Positions 1-13,600 of a stretch of DNA of 64,000 bases are shown here, one piece after another. The translations under genes and the position numbers were made by a program. The notes beneath the pieces are model-generated. The model searched no databases. It was not told the DNA's origin and saw only the letters and a list, made by a program, of their open reading frames with translations. Position 1 is the first letter of the stretch. Every line of letters starts with the position of its first letter. Source of the stretch: Vermamoeba vermiformis (Eukaryota); the NCBI GenBank assembly GCA_045837725.1, contig JBEWZL010000101.1:372001-436000 (forward strand). The letters are read 5' to 3'.

Positions 1-1968
1 TTCTTAAAGAATCTATATTTAACCAAATCTTCGAGCAATGTCTCGTTCATGATCAGCGGTGAGCGCACGCATATTTCGCGCACTGTGTTTAAGCTAGAAA
101 GCAATAATATAAGCTTACATGTACTTTTACATACTTTAATTGTCGGCTACTTACCCAATAGCAATAACTTCTGGCGGTCTTCGATCGGTGATGAACTGAT
201 CTACGACTGCTTTGAGTGCAGGTTCAATAACCTCTGGCGGAACAAAGTTATGGCACGATTGAGCCAATAGAGCCAAAATTTGTGTAATGTCTACAATATA
301 ATATGTTAGTTCTATTATATTGATAATATAATGCTAAGACTTACGTTGTTGGTGAGGAGCGATGTAGCGCTGGATCCAAGAATAAAATTGTTCTAAAATA
401 AGCTTATGGCAGCTAATTAGCTTAGCCAAGAAGCTCATCATCATAATCTTAATCTCGAACTTTTCATTGCTCTTCTTAAGCACGCCAAAGACCTTCTCCA
501 TGTAACCATGAGGATCGTGGATCAAGTTCATAGCGGCAGCATTGTAGCTCTTAGTATCGTTCAAAGACTCTTCTAGTTCTTTTTTCTTTTCTTTGTTAAG
601 TTCGGCTAAGGCAGCTTTCAACTTCTTGCTCTTTTTCTTGGTCTTCTTCGAGGCAGTATGACCGAACTTCTTGTAGATCTCGCGACGATTTAATTTCTGC
701 AGGTAAGTTAGTATAAGGTACCATCAGCCTCTATATATTTAGTACCCACCTCCTCATCTTCATCCTCATACTTCTCTTCTTTAGGAACCAAGAAGAATCT
801 CATAGTAAGCACCTGCATCTGCGAGTCCTTCGAGAAAATACCAGTGCAGATAACGTTGACTGTCTTAGCATCGCGCCTGTATGACAATAAAATATTAGAT
901 ACTGCGTAAGCATAACAATAACAGTTGAAGGAAAGAAATAAAAACGAGCTGATCAGTTGATAATTTGGAAACATGTTAATATTCATCCTCTTCCTATCAT
1001 AATAGCATCATTTAAGCTCGAAATTATTTCATTACGAATTTTAAACCGATAAAAAGTTCGTCAACGAGATCACGTACCAGATGCCCTTACGATAGAGCTC
1101 AATAATTACTTCGAGCGACTTTCTTGCGGCAATGGCAGTCGGATCTTGCAGCATTGTGTACATAAAGTTTTGAAGGCTCTTGTTCGTCTTCTCATCTTTC
1201 TTCTTCAAGTTCATGCGCTTGATGTCATTGACGATATGATTGTGCAGCAATTCGCGCAGTTTCTTATCGGGAATGCGGAATAATTTGAAGAATAGAGGAA
1301 GAAGACTAATAAAAAATATTAGTAAATTAGTTTCAACCGAGATCTGGATCAAGTAATAATTATTCTCGTTATCTAATGATTCTAATGATCGTTATAACGA
1401 GTAAATACATATGAATAATTATGTTCGTGATTATAACAATAAATTTGAAGTTGTTAGGAGAGGCAGATGCGATCCGATCTAAATCACAAAAACGATCTAA
1501 ATCTAATTACCTGGCAGGAGAAAGCAAATTCTTATTTCTCAACGTAATCAATGCCTGCACGATAGTTTTTCTCAATTCAGGCTCGAGGGAAGTGCTGGTT
1601 TGTTCCAACAGTTCGGCGAGCTTGGCTGGGAACTCTTTTAATTCAGCAGGGTATTGAGCGGCCACCTATAATTGAAGATCAATATGAATGCGTCGTCAGA
1701 GAATTTTTTCAATATTTTAGAAGCGAGATCCAAAAACAAATCTTGGATCGGATTTGATTTTAGTAACAAAAATAGAGAAAGGCTGCGCAATGCTGTTACT
1801 TACATTACTCAAGAACTTGATTAAATGAGCAAAAGGTTTGAAATCCTTTGACGGTTTCAACTTGTAGATCTGAATCTGGGACAAGAAGTGTCTGTATTGC
1901 ATCAGGAACTCCTCTTTGTACGCGAGGGCGTCCGATTTACACATAGTCTGCAGCTGTGCTAAATCCAT
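1..1968 (-). CDS. SDA1: SDA1 homolog (60S ribosome biogenesis/export), multi-exon; 3' end lies beyond the window start
   Basis: Exons read [86 protein letters not shown] and [38 protein letters not shown], all characteristic of SDA1. Confidence 0.93.
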
Positions 1969-2192
1969 TTTGGCGACAATGTATGAGCTGTGTTATTGTC
2001 GTTTTGCAAGATCGCTGAATGGCAAAAAACATAATCGAAAGTGCTGTCGTATGATCTGCCGAAAGAACATGACCACTTCAATCGCGATAATGATTGGTAC
2101 CTAGCTAAACCGAGCTCAAGGCGGATAAATTACATAAATTTTTGTTTTAATAAAAAGTACAAAGGGTTACTAATCCAGATTCAAGGCTCTGC

Positions 2193-3785
2193 TTATTCGT
2201 CAGCAACGCGAATTTGTTCGTTAACAGGGTTGAACACCTTAGGAGCATCTAATTGAAAGTATTATTAGCACCAAGCTCTAATTTTGGACCCGTGGTGCTC
2301 GGCACACTTCTAAACGTGCTACTTACTCAAAGCGTTAGAATTGCTGATGTCGAGCACTTGGGCATTCTTCTCATTGCCGGCCTTGATTTGCTCGTTGATA
2401 GGAGTGAAGGCTTTAGGAGCATCTACGCGAGAAAAAATGTTAACAACCGGGTCCGATCCGCCAATTCTCGAATGCTATCTGCCATGGTCAGAGACTTACT
2501 CAAAGCGTTGGAGTGGCTAATATCGAGCACTTGAGCGTTCTTTTCATTACCAGCCTTAATTTGATCGTTGACTGTGTTGAAAGCCTTGGGTGCATCTGTC
2601 AAAGCAAAATTAGCTTCTAATCTTGACTAATTTAAGGTTGTGGTTTCGGGCAAACAGTTAATGAATGGCTCAATTACTTACTGAGAGCAGTTTGGTGGCT
2701 AACGTCGAGGACTTGAGCGTTAGTGTGCTCAACATTGTGGATTTGAGGGTTGAGAGGAGCAGCACGAGGCGATTCTATTTTGAAACGTTCGATTAGCATT
2801 TCCTATTTTGCTAGTCCATAAAAAATTCGAATTCCAAAATTAATTTCGTATTTTTAGCCTTCTGTGAAGTAAATCTTAACCACAGATTATTTTGTGTATG
2901 GATTCGATCTAAAGATGACGCGTGACAGATTTCCGTCTTTGGTTTTCGGCATTGAAACTTACTAACGGCATTGTTGTGGGCCATATCGAGCACTTGGGAG
3001 TTCTTTTCGTGACCAGCCTTAATTTGGGGATTGATAGTTTGATCCTTCAAGTTTCTGGCATCTGAAATTGAAACGGTGAGCACGCAGATCAAGCAACAGG
3101 TACACTTCTATTGATAGATTAACTTACTGATAGCATTAGAGTGGTGCATATCGAGAACTTGGAGGTTCTTGTGTTCAACATTGGCGACTTGAGGGTTAAC
3201 AGTTTGATCCTTCAAGCCATGAGCAACTAATGAAGAAAAAATAGCAAGTAAGTAAAATAAATATGAAACACACGTAGAAATAGTCACAATTTGTTTTTTG
3301 TTGTTTTTTGCGAGATTTACCTTTGGCGTTGGTCAAGGACATAGATCCGTCGACAGTAGTTTGAATTGGCTTATCACGAGGAGTGTGCTTGTTGCACCAA
3401 ATCTTGTTATTGACGGCAGTGTAAGTCTTCAAGTTCAAAGCCAAACCGCATCCAGGTTCCTCGCCTACAAAAGAATAATTTAGCCGTTGGAAAAAAGATT
3501 TTTTCGCATTATTCAGAAATTTTATGCTAACAATTATTAGTAAATTAAGGTCATTATTTGTTTTTCACTTTTGTTGTGCTAGTGTCCGAAATAAAATAGT
3601 TGATTTTTTGCCTGCTTGATCTACTTACATCTGAAGCAGAGTTTGTGATATTGACCGTTGGAAGTAGTGACAGCCTCGTTGGCGTAGACTATGCACGAAG
3701 AGTGTTAGAAAATCTCGCAGGTACAGTTGAGTTTTCGCTTGTCGTTAAACATACCAGTCTTTTGGCAGATGTTGCACTTGGACAT
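2193..3785 (-). CDS. LIM-domain protein with about 5.5 C-terminal 31-33 aa repeats
   Basis: Spliced translation: MSKCNICQKT/VYANEAVTTSNGQYHKLCFR/CEEPGCGLALNLKTYTAVNNKIWCNKH (LIM C2HC-C2CH), then repeats such as NAPKAFNTVNDQIKAGNEKNAQVLDISHSNAL. Stop TAA at 2193-2195. Confidence 0.85.
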
Positions 3786-4898
3786 TTTGAGTTAATGAAG
3801 AGGTGTGGTGTTTGCTTAGTGTGTGTAGGTTAAAAAGCGACGTTTGAAAGAACAAAAGATTTGATTCTGCTCGCGGTATCGCCAAAGATTTTTTGTATCT
3901 ACCAGGGCTGACAGATCTGCATAACCGTTGCTTGGTTTCGATAACTATCTTTTCAAATATTAAAGTTCATAAGTGCAATGGTATTAATCCATTTTTGGTG
4001 AATCCTTCTTAGTTTGGCCAAATCTAGCAGGAGCTGCACTTCGAAAATGGCTCCTGGCAAGCTAATATAACCTGTATGGCTACACAACACACCTAAATGA
4101 TTTTTAATATTTTTAGGAATATTTTTGAGACCGCTGAGACCGCCCAGAACCTAGATCTAGGTACTGAATTTTGCCCGGTAGTACTGGTGTTCTATGAACC
4201 TACTTTACACCATATCTCGTGTACATTTATTTTCAAAGGCAAGTACTATTATCTACTTCGACGAGACACCTCAAACTAATCACTATCGTTGTTAAAGGGT
4301 TCGTGAAGATGCTGCTTTGACGAGAGTTCAAATTAGTAACGCAAATACTGCCAGCCGAATTGAACTAGCAAAACCTGTTCTACGAATCTCTGAGTAGTAT
4401 TTTCAATTAATACACTGCCTTGGATGAGCTGCGGATGGAGATCTGAGGTTGGCTTTCAGATCTTTCGTGTTACTCATACCTAAGCGATGTACGGATTATA
4501 CTTTATGTCAATGGTTTCACGTGGATCTGTTCAAATGGTTGCTCAAGCTAGATCCAGCTCTCGTGGCTGGGGTGGTGGCAGATCAGACCCTGACTCGTCC
4601 GTGACACATGCCAACCAGAATAACCGAATGCATTTTCTGACATCGCACGAAGGTGTGAAACAGCCGCTGAGAACATTTGGGATGGTTCCAAGGACACAAT
4701 TTCGAATGCTACAAAACCTTCTACGAAGTTCCTCACACTTCCTTTTATGGAAGTCTTCGCGAATGATTTTTTTTTGATAAAACCGAATCGAGTGACGTCA
4801 TATTCAATCAATAACAGAACATAGAACAACACAAGTTCTATTCAAGTCCAAAACAACTTCAACAAAAAACTAAATCCGAATCTCAAAAGTTCAATAAC

Positions 4899-5918
4899 AT
4901 GTCATTGAAAGGTAAACTCGCTTTGATCACCGGCGGATCAAGAGGTATTGGCGCAGGCATTGCCATCGAGCTCGCTAAAGAAGGAGCTGATATTGCCTTC
5001 ACATACGCTAGCAATTCAGATGCAGCTCAAAAAGTACGTACATTTGAAACATTAATCCTTCGCTGCCTTACTAATCGATCTTCGCTTTAGTCCGTCGAGA
5101 AGTTGAAGACCTTTGGTGTTCGCGTGCTCGCTGTTCAAAGCAATGTAGCGGATTTGAAGAGCCAACAAGAACTCGTCAAGCAAATCGTCTCTGAATTTGG
5201 AAAGATCGATATTTTGGTCAATAATGCTGCATTATCAGTAGTGACGCCTCTTGGCCAGATTACCGAAGAAGAGTTCGATCGCGTGTTCGCTGTAAACGTA
5301 AAAGTACGCAGATCCCAAAAAAATTCTAAGAAATCACTTAGCTGATTTCTAACGCCGATGTATTACATAGGCACCCCTCTTTCTTATTCAAGCAGTTGTT
5401 CCGCACATGCTTGCAGGCGGATCCATCATTAACATCAGCACTGGTGGAACCAAAGCCGCGCTTCCCTTGCCCGTCTATACTTCGAGTAAATTAGCACTCG
5501 AAGGTCTTCATGTGACTCTTGCTAGAGAGTTAGCCGCTAAAGGCATTCGCATTAATACAGTCTCGCCTGGCTACACCGACACTGAAATGCTCGCTTCGAG
5601 TGGACCTGAAATGACCAAAATTGCTATTGAAGCATCTGTATTTAAACGTCTTGGTAAGTAGTTGATAGGAAATATTATTAACAAGGCACCGGGCGCGGAT
5701 CACTTTTACTTTTTTTGGCCGATCCTAGATTCGCCGCTACGTTAAATTCAGAAACAGAGCTTATATTCTGATATAGGTACATGTACTTACGTGATTAATA
5801 TTTAGGTACGGTCGAGGACGTTGCACGTGTTGTAGCCTGGATAGCGGATTCAAGCAAATCTGGTTGGATCGTTGGTCAGAACATCTCTGCGACCGGTGGA
5901 GTTGTATTGCTTGCTTAG
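4899..5918 (+). CDS. Classical short-chain dehydrogenase/reductase (FabG-like), 4 exons
   Basis: TGGSRGIG, DILVNNAA, catalytic YTSSK, GIRINTVSPG and terminal GTVEDVARVV..WIVGQNISATGG. Confidence 0.93.
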
Positions 5919-6036
5919 ACCTAGCAACCGTCGTATAAAACTACCGTCACAACGGTTCAGTTTACATCAGCAACTGGAATACTTTTTGGTTATAAAAATG
6001 CCGTCATTACTATAATAACCTCTTCAGTTTAATTTA

Positions 6037-8047
6037 TTAAAAACACTTTCTGATGGATATATTAGGACCACTCTCGTCATATTCTACTTTTGTTTTCCAA
6101 TCTAACGGAGTATTAAGTATTGAGATACTACCTTGATAGATGCGATCCACAACTTTTTTGCCAGTAATGGTCGCTATTGGATTTTGTTCCATAAGTTTTG
6201 CATACGAACTCATGGGAACCACAGTCGCTTCTAATTTTACTATATTTGGTAATTTTTCGAGTATGCGCCAAGACGAGATATTCAAAGCGCAGTTTCTTAC
6301 GTCAACGTGTTCTATATTCAACGAGTCCTTAATCTCTAGTGTACGGATGTGGTGATTGAAAAGTACCAAATGTGACAGCTGATGACATCCGGTGATTTGG
6401 ATCGATTTAATGTCTTCGCTGTAGAACATTTGCAGGTCCTTCAAATTGGTCAAATTATTGAAATGCATCTCGTTGCCTTTAATCTCGCATTGTTTAAGCA
6501 CGAGCCTTGTCAGTTGTGATAAAATTGAGCTGGGTACCGCTTCTAATCTTCGGACTTTGACCAGCTCCAGACTTCTCAAGTTCGTTAATTGAGCTAATCT
6601 ATCAATTAAATCATATACGACTTGTGTTTGTGGTGCTTCGCATTCGAGTGTCAGTTGTTCAATGTTCGTCATTTGATCAATCTTTGCAAAAATATTGTGG
6701 TTGGTGATTTTCACTGAATCCAAGTTTCCGTGAATTCCGTTCTTGATTTGTGCGTTGCTCGTAAACTCTGTCAGCTTGTGATGTCCAGTTATATTAATTT
6801 CTTCGATACCCCTGCGACCCAAAAATTTTAAAACTTCCAAATTTGGGCAATCGATGGTGATCGAGTTCAATCTGAAGTCTGAAGTGATTAACAAAGTTTG
6901 CAGACTCGTTGACGATATTCTGTCATGTGTTGTTCGATAGTCGATTATTAAGTGCAAAAATTGCAATTTCGAACATTTTTCCAATAGCGTGTTAGGCGGT
7001 GTGTTCATCAAATGTTCTTGAATATACAAATGGGTCAATTGTGGCATATGCGGCATTTCTTGAACGATGCTGTCAATCTTGAAGTTAGGTGGTATATTTA
7101 AGCGTTGTAATTGCGTTGCTAATTTCAGCACGTGGGTCAAGTTGTCGCTGAGAACATTGAAATTTGGCGTATATCCGGAGTTAAATCTTGTGTGCTCAAA
7201 GTAATGCAATCCTAATGACTCTAATCGCGTACTGTTCTTAATCAAGCTATAAAACGAGTCCCATGGCTCGGATATCTTGCCAACCGTATTCAGTAGTATT
7301 GCTAAACTCTGTCGATCCAAACATTAAAATCGTTAAGGCAGTCAGATATCGTTCAATATTACCTTTAAATTCTTAGAATGATTTTTATCGAGGATTCTAA
7401 ATATTTCTGGCCAAAAATTGACGTAATCGAAGTTCACGCAACTTTTCGGCAAGGGATCCAAAAGTAGATGCGCTAATTCCTCTGTAAAATCGATATTAAA
7501 TATTGAAATTATATTGACAAAATGGAGTTTAGTATATTTACCTCTTATGGAATCATTTCTAGCGAGATAATCCGTTCCAGGTGGTAAAGAAAGGGATGTA
7601 AGGCGTTTAACGCCTGTAGGATAAATGTCGTTGAAAAATATCTTCTCATCGCCATCATCATATTTATATAATCGCTTTGGCAGTCTTAGTTTCCTCGCAT
7701 GTGGAAATTTCTTTAGCGCCAAGGATGCGAGCTGAAAATCGTCTTGCAGAACCAGTTCGTTTAGCATAATACAATTATCAGTCTAGTATAATTGTATTAG
7801 TAAGTTTTTTAGCGAATAATTTTGATTTCAACTGACACATCCGATTTTAAATTTCTTGAACCGTTAAGTAAAATTCGTATTCGTTGCTAATAATATTGAT
7901 AAAAATACGTACAACTTCTTTCCATAGTTTTGAAACTTGAGCGCTTCTGCCTAAAGATACCAACGGCATCTGCCCACAAATGACACTCAGCGTGTCCTTA
8001 ATTCGAAGCGCTAAAGGCGTCTCGAGCGATGAATTGTTTTCTTCCAT
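6037..8047 (-). CDS. F-box-like N-terminus plus leucine-rich-repeat protein (several introns)
   Basis: First exon DTLSVICGQMPLVSLGRSAQVSKLWKE is F-box-like. Long last exon has LxxLxL repeats (LTNLRSLEL, LTNLKDLQM, CPNLEVLKF). Confidence 0.7.
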
Positions 8048-8425
8048 CTGTTGTTGCACAAATTGAACTTAAAAAAATCTTTTTGGGTTTGAGGATTTTG
8101 CGGGACACCACTAAATTCAGATAATTTACGCGAATTTATTGAGGAGCACCGCAGTATCGCCAGTGTAGGAGTAATTTTGGGAAATGAAGAAGGAGAACAA
8201 GTACCATAGGATAGTTCACATTTGGCAAACGGTAAAGCGCTCTTAGATATCGTTTCTTGCGCATCCGACAACAAAAAATACGCCATAATAATGCAAAAAA
8301 TTCCGTTAATTTTGTTCGAAGCTTGTTCGTGAAGGCTAATGATGAAGGTTAAATTTTGATTTTTATAATTTTTAAAAATAATCCAGATCCCTATTTTACA
8401 AATTATTATATTATATATTGTTATA

Positions 8426-10293
8426 TTATACAGTTGTCGTAGACGCCGCTCTACTTCGTTCTGTTGGCTGAGAGCTGCCATGAGAACCGTGTGATGATTT
8501 GCCTGAAGGAGTTTCAAATGCGAGGATGTTCATCAACGATACTGCATTAATCGCGGTCCATAAGAAGCACCACACGAGCAAATAGGCTGCAAATAATAAC
8601 GAGAATTAGAAAAATATTGTCCAGATCCAGATCTACATCTGTTTCAAAAACACATTTTGGATCGGGTGACGATAGGGATGGATCGATTATCTAATATGAT
8701 TATTATTATACTTACGTATCGGATAATAAGCAGTACCAGATGCGAATAAAATCGCGAAGACAATGAACGACAGCAATAAACACGCACCAATGAGCATTTT
8801 AACGGATGCCTATTCGTAAGTGACATTAATAAGAGTATTGTACTATAATATGATAATAATATAATTATATCATTGATTTTTTATACGTACTCGTCGTAGC
8901 TTGACGTTTCGACCGAGATTTTTGCTCTCGTTCAACCGCAACAATAATTTTGTGCCCGTAATGATATAGAAAGTTGATATTCCTGTAACAACGATCATAT
9001 ACACAATAGCTATATATAGAATTATTAGTAATGATTTCGTTTGGTGTTCAGCGGATCCGTACCGGTGATGAATTGCAACCGTGGAACTTGTGTAAAACTT
9101 CTGAGAAATATTCTGATTAATTGAAGGCACAATAGGCATCCAGAGAGTACGAAGAATGGTATTCTTAATTTGGTGATGAATGCGTGAACGACGATTGCAG
9201 ATCTGGTCATCATTTCGTGCCAGTACAAAACGAACAACAGAATGGCCGATAGAGCGAAGGGAATGGACAGTTCAGTGAACGCGATGGATACTTGTTCCGG
9301 GTAGACGAAGTTGCCACAAAGGGGATCGACATCGAGTACAATCCGAACTGTTAAAAATTAGCAAAAGTAACACTTTGACACGTGTCAAATTAAAATCAAT
9401 TTTACGTACTCGCATTGGATATCATCTCCAAGAATAGGACATAGAATACAACGGAGGTCTTGACGCCACCATAATAGTCACTGAATAGCTTCGCTTTCCA
9501 AATTGCCAAGGCCAAGTTGGTTGCTGGAAAGATCCCCAGAAAAACTGACAGATCCGCGTAAGTTCGTGAAAGAAATGAATGGAGTAACTTACCTAGGAAA
9601 ATATAATACCCGGGCGAATTGAATACGAGTTCCCATTGATTAGGTTCGTCTTGTAATAAAACACCAACAAATTAGTAAATTTAACAACCGCTGAAATTTC
9701 ATACCGCTCGGCACCAGTGTCACGTTCGTAATGCCATTTAGAGACAAAAATGTGTTTGCTTCGATCAATCCAAGCTCAAATATTGGTATAGTAATATTAG
9801 GGATGAGTTCTTTATGGTTAAATCGGTATTTTAAATAACCGGCGCGTCCTGTAAACAATTTAAGTTAATAATTTCCCAGGGTCCATTAATTCATATATCT
9901 ACGTACGGTATTGTTGTGATAAATATAATACAGCCACCGCTCCATTCTTTTGTACGTCAATAATAATTTCGTCGATCGGCAGCGAGTTGGAGTTGACGTA
10001 CATCCGCCGTTTAACTTGATCCTCGCTCGAGTCCGCTGTTACTTCTAGTGTTATTGGGTCTTGTATTTGTTCATTATGACTGCCTATTAATCGATTAATT
10101 ATTAAATTAATTGATCCAGTGTAACGGAAAATTCATAATAATGGATGAAATATTTTCAATACTTACCGACGTAAATAATTTCGGTACTATCCAATTCTAT
10201 TTGAGTACCATTATTTACTTGGACTATTATAATTGAAAACGATTGCCCCACAAATAAAGTAAAAAACAGTATGAGGATGTGTTTCGCAACCAT
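8426..10293 (-). CDS. Signal peptide + extracellular domain + multi-pass (probably 7TM, GPCR-like) membrane protein
   Basis: Starts MVAKHILILFFTLFVGQSFS. Later exons give successive hydrophobic helices (VRIVLDVDPLCG..IAFTELSIPFALSAILLFVLYWHEMM; RIPFFVLSGCLLC; IILYIAIVYMIVVTGISTFYIITG; IAAYLLVWCFLWTAINAVSLMNILAF) and a Ser-rich tail. Confidence 0.7.
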
Positions 10294-11562
10294 TTCTAAA
10301 ATATGACGATATTTTGAACCGCGTTAAATATAGTATTAATAACAAGGCGTTGTGTTCATATTATCAATCGAGACTTGGATAAAGATACAAAAACGCGTGT
10401 GACACTTCGCCCAAATAGGAAATCCTACAGGTGTCAATCCAAGCCTTCCCACAGGAATGAAATTCTAGATGGATGTTATGAAACAATTCCATATTCATGA
10501 CGAATAGGCTGTCTGTCGTTTGGGTCGGTCACATCAAAAAAAAACAAATGTTTATCGGCAATCAAATGGTTTGAAACAATGTGCGAGGTGTCGTTCTATT
10601 CCTTGAGCTACCGTAACCAATAATCATATTTAAGGACTTACTGATTCAGCTCCTTAGGGGTTATTAATACTGCTTGATCCGACGTAGGTTCTGAACATGA
10701 TGTCGAAACTCGGAATTGAAAATTATTGCACTCGAGACACGTGCCTGTACCCCAAAAGTAAGCGTTTATTTAATAATATGGTTATTGTTTGCGTACGTAC
10801 CAACAGAACAGCGAATACTTGAGATCTGTTACCCTATTTGGGTTGCCGCTTAAATACGTGAAAATAATTATCTTCTAAAGTAATGCATATAAAATTCAAT
10901 ATAATAGGTGACTCGGCAAACATTTACGCAAGAAAAATAGAATTATTAGGTAATGTTTTCTCATGCGAATAGGGTTAACGTTTCGCCACTGTGGTAATTC
11001 CTAGAAATATTAATATTATTATAAATATATTATCTAATTATTACCTGCTACGTCGTCTCGTTGAATGGATCAATAATTTGGATCAAAAAAATCGATCAAT
11101 TTCTTTCCCTTGACCACCGAAGAACACAATCCATAGTATCATCATTTAACAGTGGCACAAGAGCGCTCTATAGAATGGCCGCGTGTCGGGCTGTACGCCA
11201 AACTCGTGAGTGCATTTAGATGCGCTTTCTTCCATTGGATTAAACAGGTTCGTTCAATCGCCAAAAATTCAAATAACATTGCCATGAATTTTCTGTTCGT
11301 AATTGGACTCGTGTAATGAAATGCAACTTAATTCGAAATCTAACTTTTCGTCTCAAGTAAAGCGGGAAATATCTGCGAATCCCTTGTAGCAAGCTTCAGG
11401 TGCGTTTCGCAGCAATGCTTTTCGCGAAAGGAAAATGTTCTTGGCCTATTCTATTGCGCTAGAGGCAGCTGGTTAAATGGGACCAGTCGGTGGCATTTTG
11501 CTTGACTCTCGCAGCGAGACAACACGACTAGAATATATATTACGATTGGTCGTATATTAACG

Positions 11563-13266
11563 ATGGATTTAATACCACAAGATGTCTGGCCAGTGATTGC
11601 CAAGTTCATGGACAACAAAACTAAACAGCAGATTCGACTTGCCAGCATGAAATGGTTCAATCTTATCAAATATAACAACTTCGTATTCTATTTTACGAGA
11701 TCTGAAGACTTACAAGCAATTATGGACCGATTATCAACCTACGACTGGCCGATCAAGATTTGTTTTGCCAAATCCAAGTTCAACGACCCCCTAGATTTGA
11801 TCAACAAACTACCAAAGCTCACTAATTTATTAGAGATCAAGCTAATTAAGTCTTATATGTCGCCTGACAACGTCACTTTGGGTCAATGGATGCAGCTTTC
11901 AACTTTGACGAAAATTGAAGTTTGGAAACTCTGGGAGGACCACGTGCCCCTAGAATTATTGCAAAGATTCACTAAATTGAAAAAGTGGACTCGTAGTGGA
12001 CCTGAATGGGAACTGGCACCTGTCTTGCAGCGGATGTCAAATTTGAATTCGCTTCGGTTCTTTGATACTACGCGAACTTGGCCTTTTTCACTCGTTCCGA
12101 ACCCTGAAAAACTCACTACGCTAAGTATGGCTATTGAAGAACGACAAGAACATGGTGACCAGATCTGGAGCCGTCTGACGAATCTGAAACAGTTGCATTA
12201 CTATGAAGACGAAGGACCCGTTCAAAATACATTACAACTCAAGTACTTGACATCATTACAAAAGTGTACTTTGTGCACTAAGGCACTTAGATCACCAAAT
12301 CCGGATTTGAAAGATCAGACAACCAACAAATGGCCGAACAATACCGAAGCGATGAAAAATATGACCAATTTAAAGTCGCTATGCCTCATCACATCTACGG
12401 AGCTTGACTTCTCGCAGCTTAGTTTTTTGGAGAATTTGAGCGGTCTTCAAAGTTTGACGATCAATCACGATTATGGTGAGATGATTCAACTCGAAAGAAA
12501 TATTTGCAAGTATATACCCATGAATTTAAAGCATTTGAGCTTGGCTATTGGCGTCAACTTGGAAGATCTGACACATCTAACGAACTTGGTTCAGCTATCA
12601 TTGGACCAGTTTTCCACGAATTGTGAACATTTGGCTAAATTTAAGATGGTTACTTCATTGGAAATATTGCATTGGAGTGACCAACAAGATTTCAGATCTA
12701 TTGCAACATTGACTCAACTCGAAGAACTGTATCTTGCAAACGGATCCGACATCGTTAAACATCCAGAAGACTACGCGCCTGATCTATCGAACTTAGTTCA
12801 TTTAAAGAAGTTAAAACTAGAGTCGATAGATTGTTCGCACAAATTAATGAACCAAATAACGTGTTTGACCAAGCTCGAAGAATTGGGGATATCGCCTACA
12901 CAAGCAGGAGATATCGCCGCAAATTACAAATGGCTGGCAGAACAAACAAAACTGACGAGTTTGAGAGTCAACGCTCCTATTGACAACGAGTCATTTTGGA
13001 TCAACCTCGTTCAATTGACGAATATGAAGAGATTATCCTTTGTCAATATCGATAATGACGATAGAATGCTTCAATTAATTGTATTCAATAACCTAACGGA
13101 GCTAGAGATCAACGCTATTCCCGAGAGTTTTACTGGATGTCACTTCACCGCACTAACTTCACTTCAAGCCATCACTTTGGAAAGCGGAACGGCACACTTA
13201 GTCTATAAAAAAGAAGACCTAATTGGAATTATGCCTTTCTTACAATGTTGCTATTTTGGAGAATAA
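11563..13266 (+). CDS. Intronless F-box/LRR protein, 567 aa
   Basis: Single ORF. N-terminal MDLIPQDVWPVIAKFMDNKTKQQIRLASMKW is F-box-like, followed by many LTNLxxLxL repeats. Confidence 0.88.
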   Translation: MDLIPQDVWPVIAKFMDNKTKQQIRLASMKWFNLIKYNNFVFYFTRSEDLQAIMDRLSTYDWPIKICFAKSKFNDPLDLINKLPKLTNLLEIKLIKSYMSPDNVTLGQWMQLSTLTKIEVWKLWEDHVPLELLQRFTKLKKWTRSGPEWELAPVLQRMSNLNSLRFFDTTRTWPFSLVPNPEKLTTLSMAIEERQEHGDQIWSRLTNLKQLHYYEDEGPVQNTLQLKYLTSLQKCTLCTKALRSPNPDLKDQTTNKWPNNTEAMKNMTNLKSLCLITSTELDFSQLSFLENLSGLQSLTINHDYGEMIQLERNICKYIPMNLKHLSLAIGVNLEDLTHLTNLVQLSLDQFSTNCEHLAKFKMVTSLEILHWSDQQDFRSIATLTQLEELYLANGSDIVKHPEDYAPDLSNLVHLKKLKLESIDCSHKLMNQITCLTKLEELGISPTQAGDIAANYKWLAEQTKLTSLRVNAPIDNESFWINLVQLTNMKRLSFVNIDNDDRMLQLIVFNNLTELEINAIPESFTGCHFTALTSLQAITLESGTAHLVYKKEDLIGIMPFLQCCYFGE

Positions 13267-13386
13267 AGACGAATTTTTCGCTGCGTACTTTTTTCATTCA
13301 GCTTTGATCGATACGGAACTGACCATAAATGGAATTAACTCCAAGGAGGTTAGCCTACTGCACGAAATGTGCCCTATTTCGTTAGG

Positions 13387-13600
13387 TGGCTCTAATGGTA
13401 GTTTCATCCAAAACAAAACGCCAGATGCAACCCGCACAAGCTGTTCAACACTATCAAATATAATATTATGTAAATTTAAATATATTTTTGCACGATCAGC
13501 GAATACTCAAGTCATCGCAGAACGATTATCAAATATTTTTCGTCGATCGAGGTTCGTTTAAATGCAGCTTGATATACAACAATTACTAACCTCAGAAAAT
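13387..13600 (+). pseudogene. Degraded 5' fragment of an F-box/LRR paralog
   Basis: Nucleotide similarity to about 16478-16730 (ccaaaacaaaacg.cagatgc; tatcaaatataat; tttttgcacgatca..gaata.tcaag.cat.gcagaacgattatcaaa) with indels and no intact frame. Confidence 0.8.

Noticed and set aside
4090-4832. ORFs 4487-4777 (+) and 4548-4832 (-) with small repeats (gagaccgc x2, cctagatctagg) as a possible gene or transposon relic
   Set aside because: No recognisable protein motif, splice pattern or terminal repeats.
8011-8517. 168-aa minus-strand ORF and other long shadow ORFs (45600-46130, 48494-48895, 54259-54732, 63415-63855)
   Set aside because: They are antisense to or out of frame with well-supported genes, or cross intergenic DNA, and have no motifs.
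10540-11290. Possible small spliced minus-strand gene (donor-like sites near 10637, 10795 and 11041; RCSV/GTCLEC peptide)
   Set aside because: I could not build a consistent start-to-stop model, so it is left unannotated.
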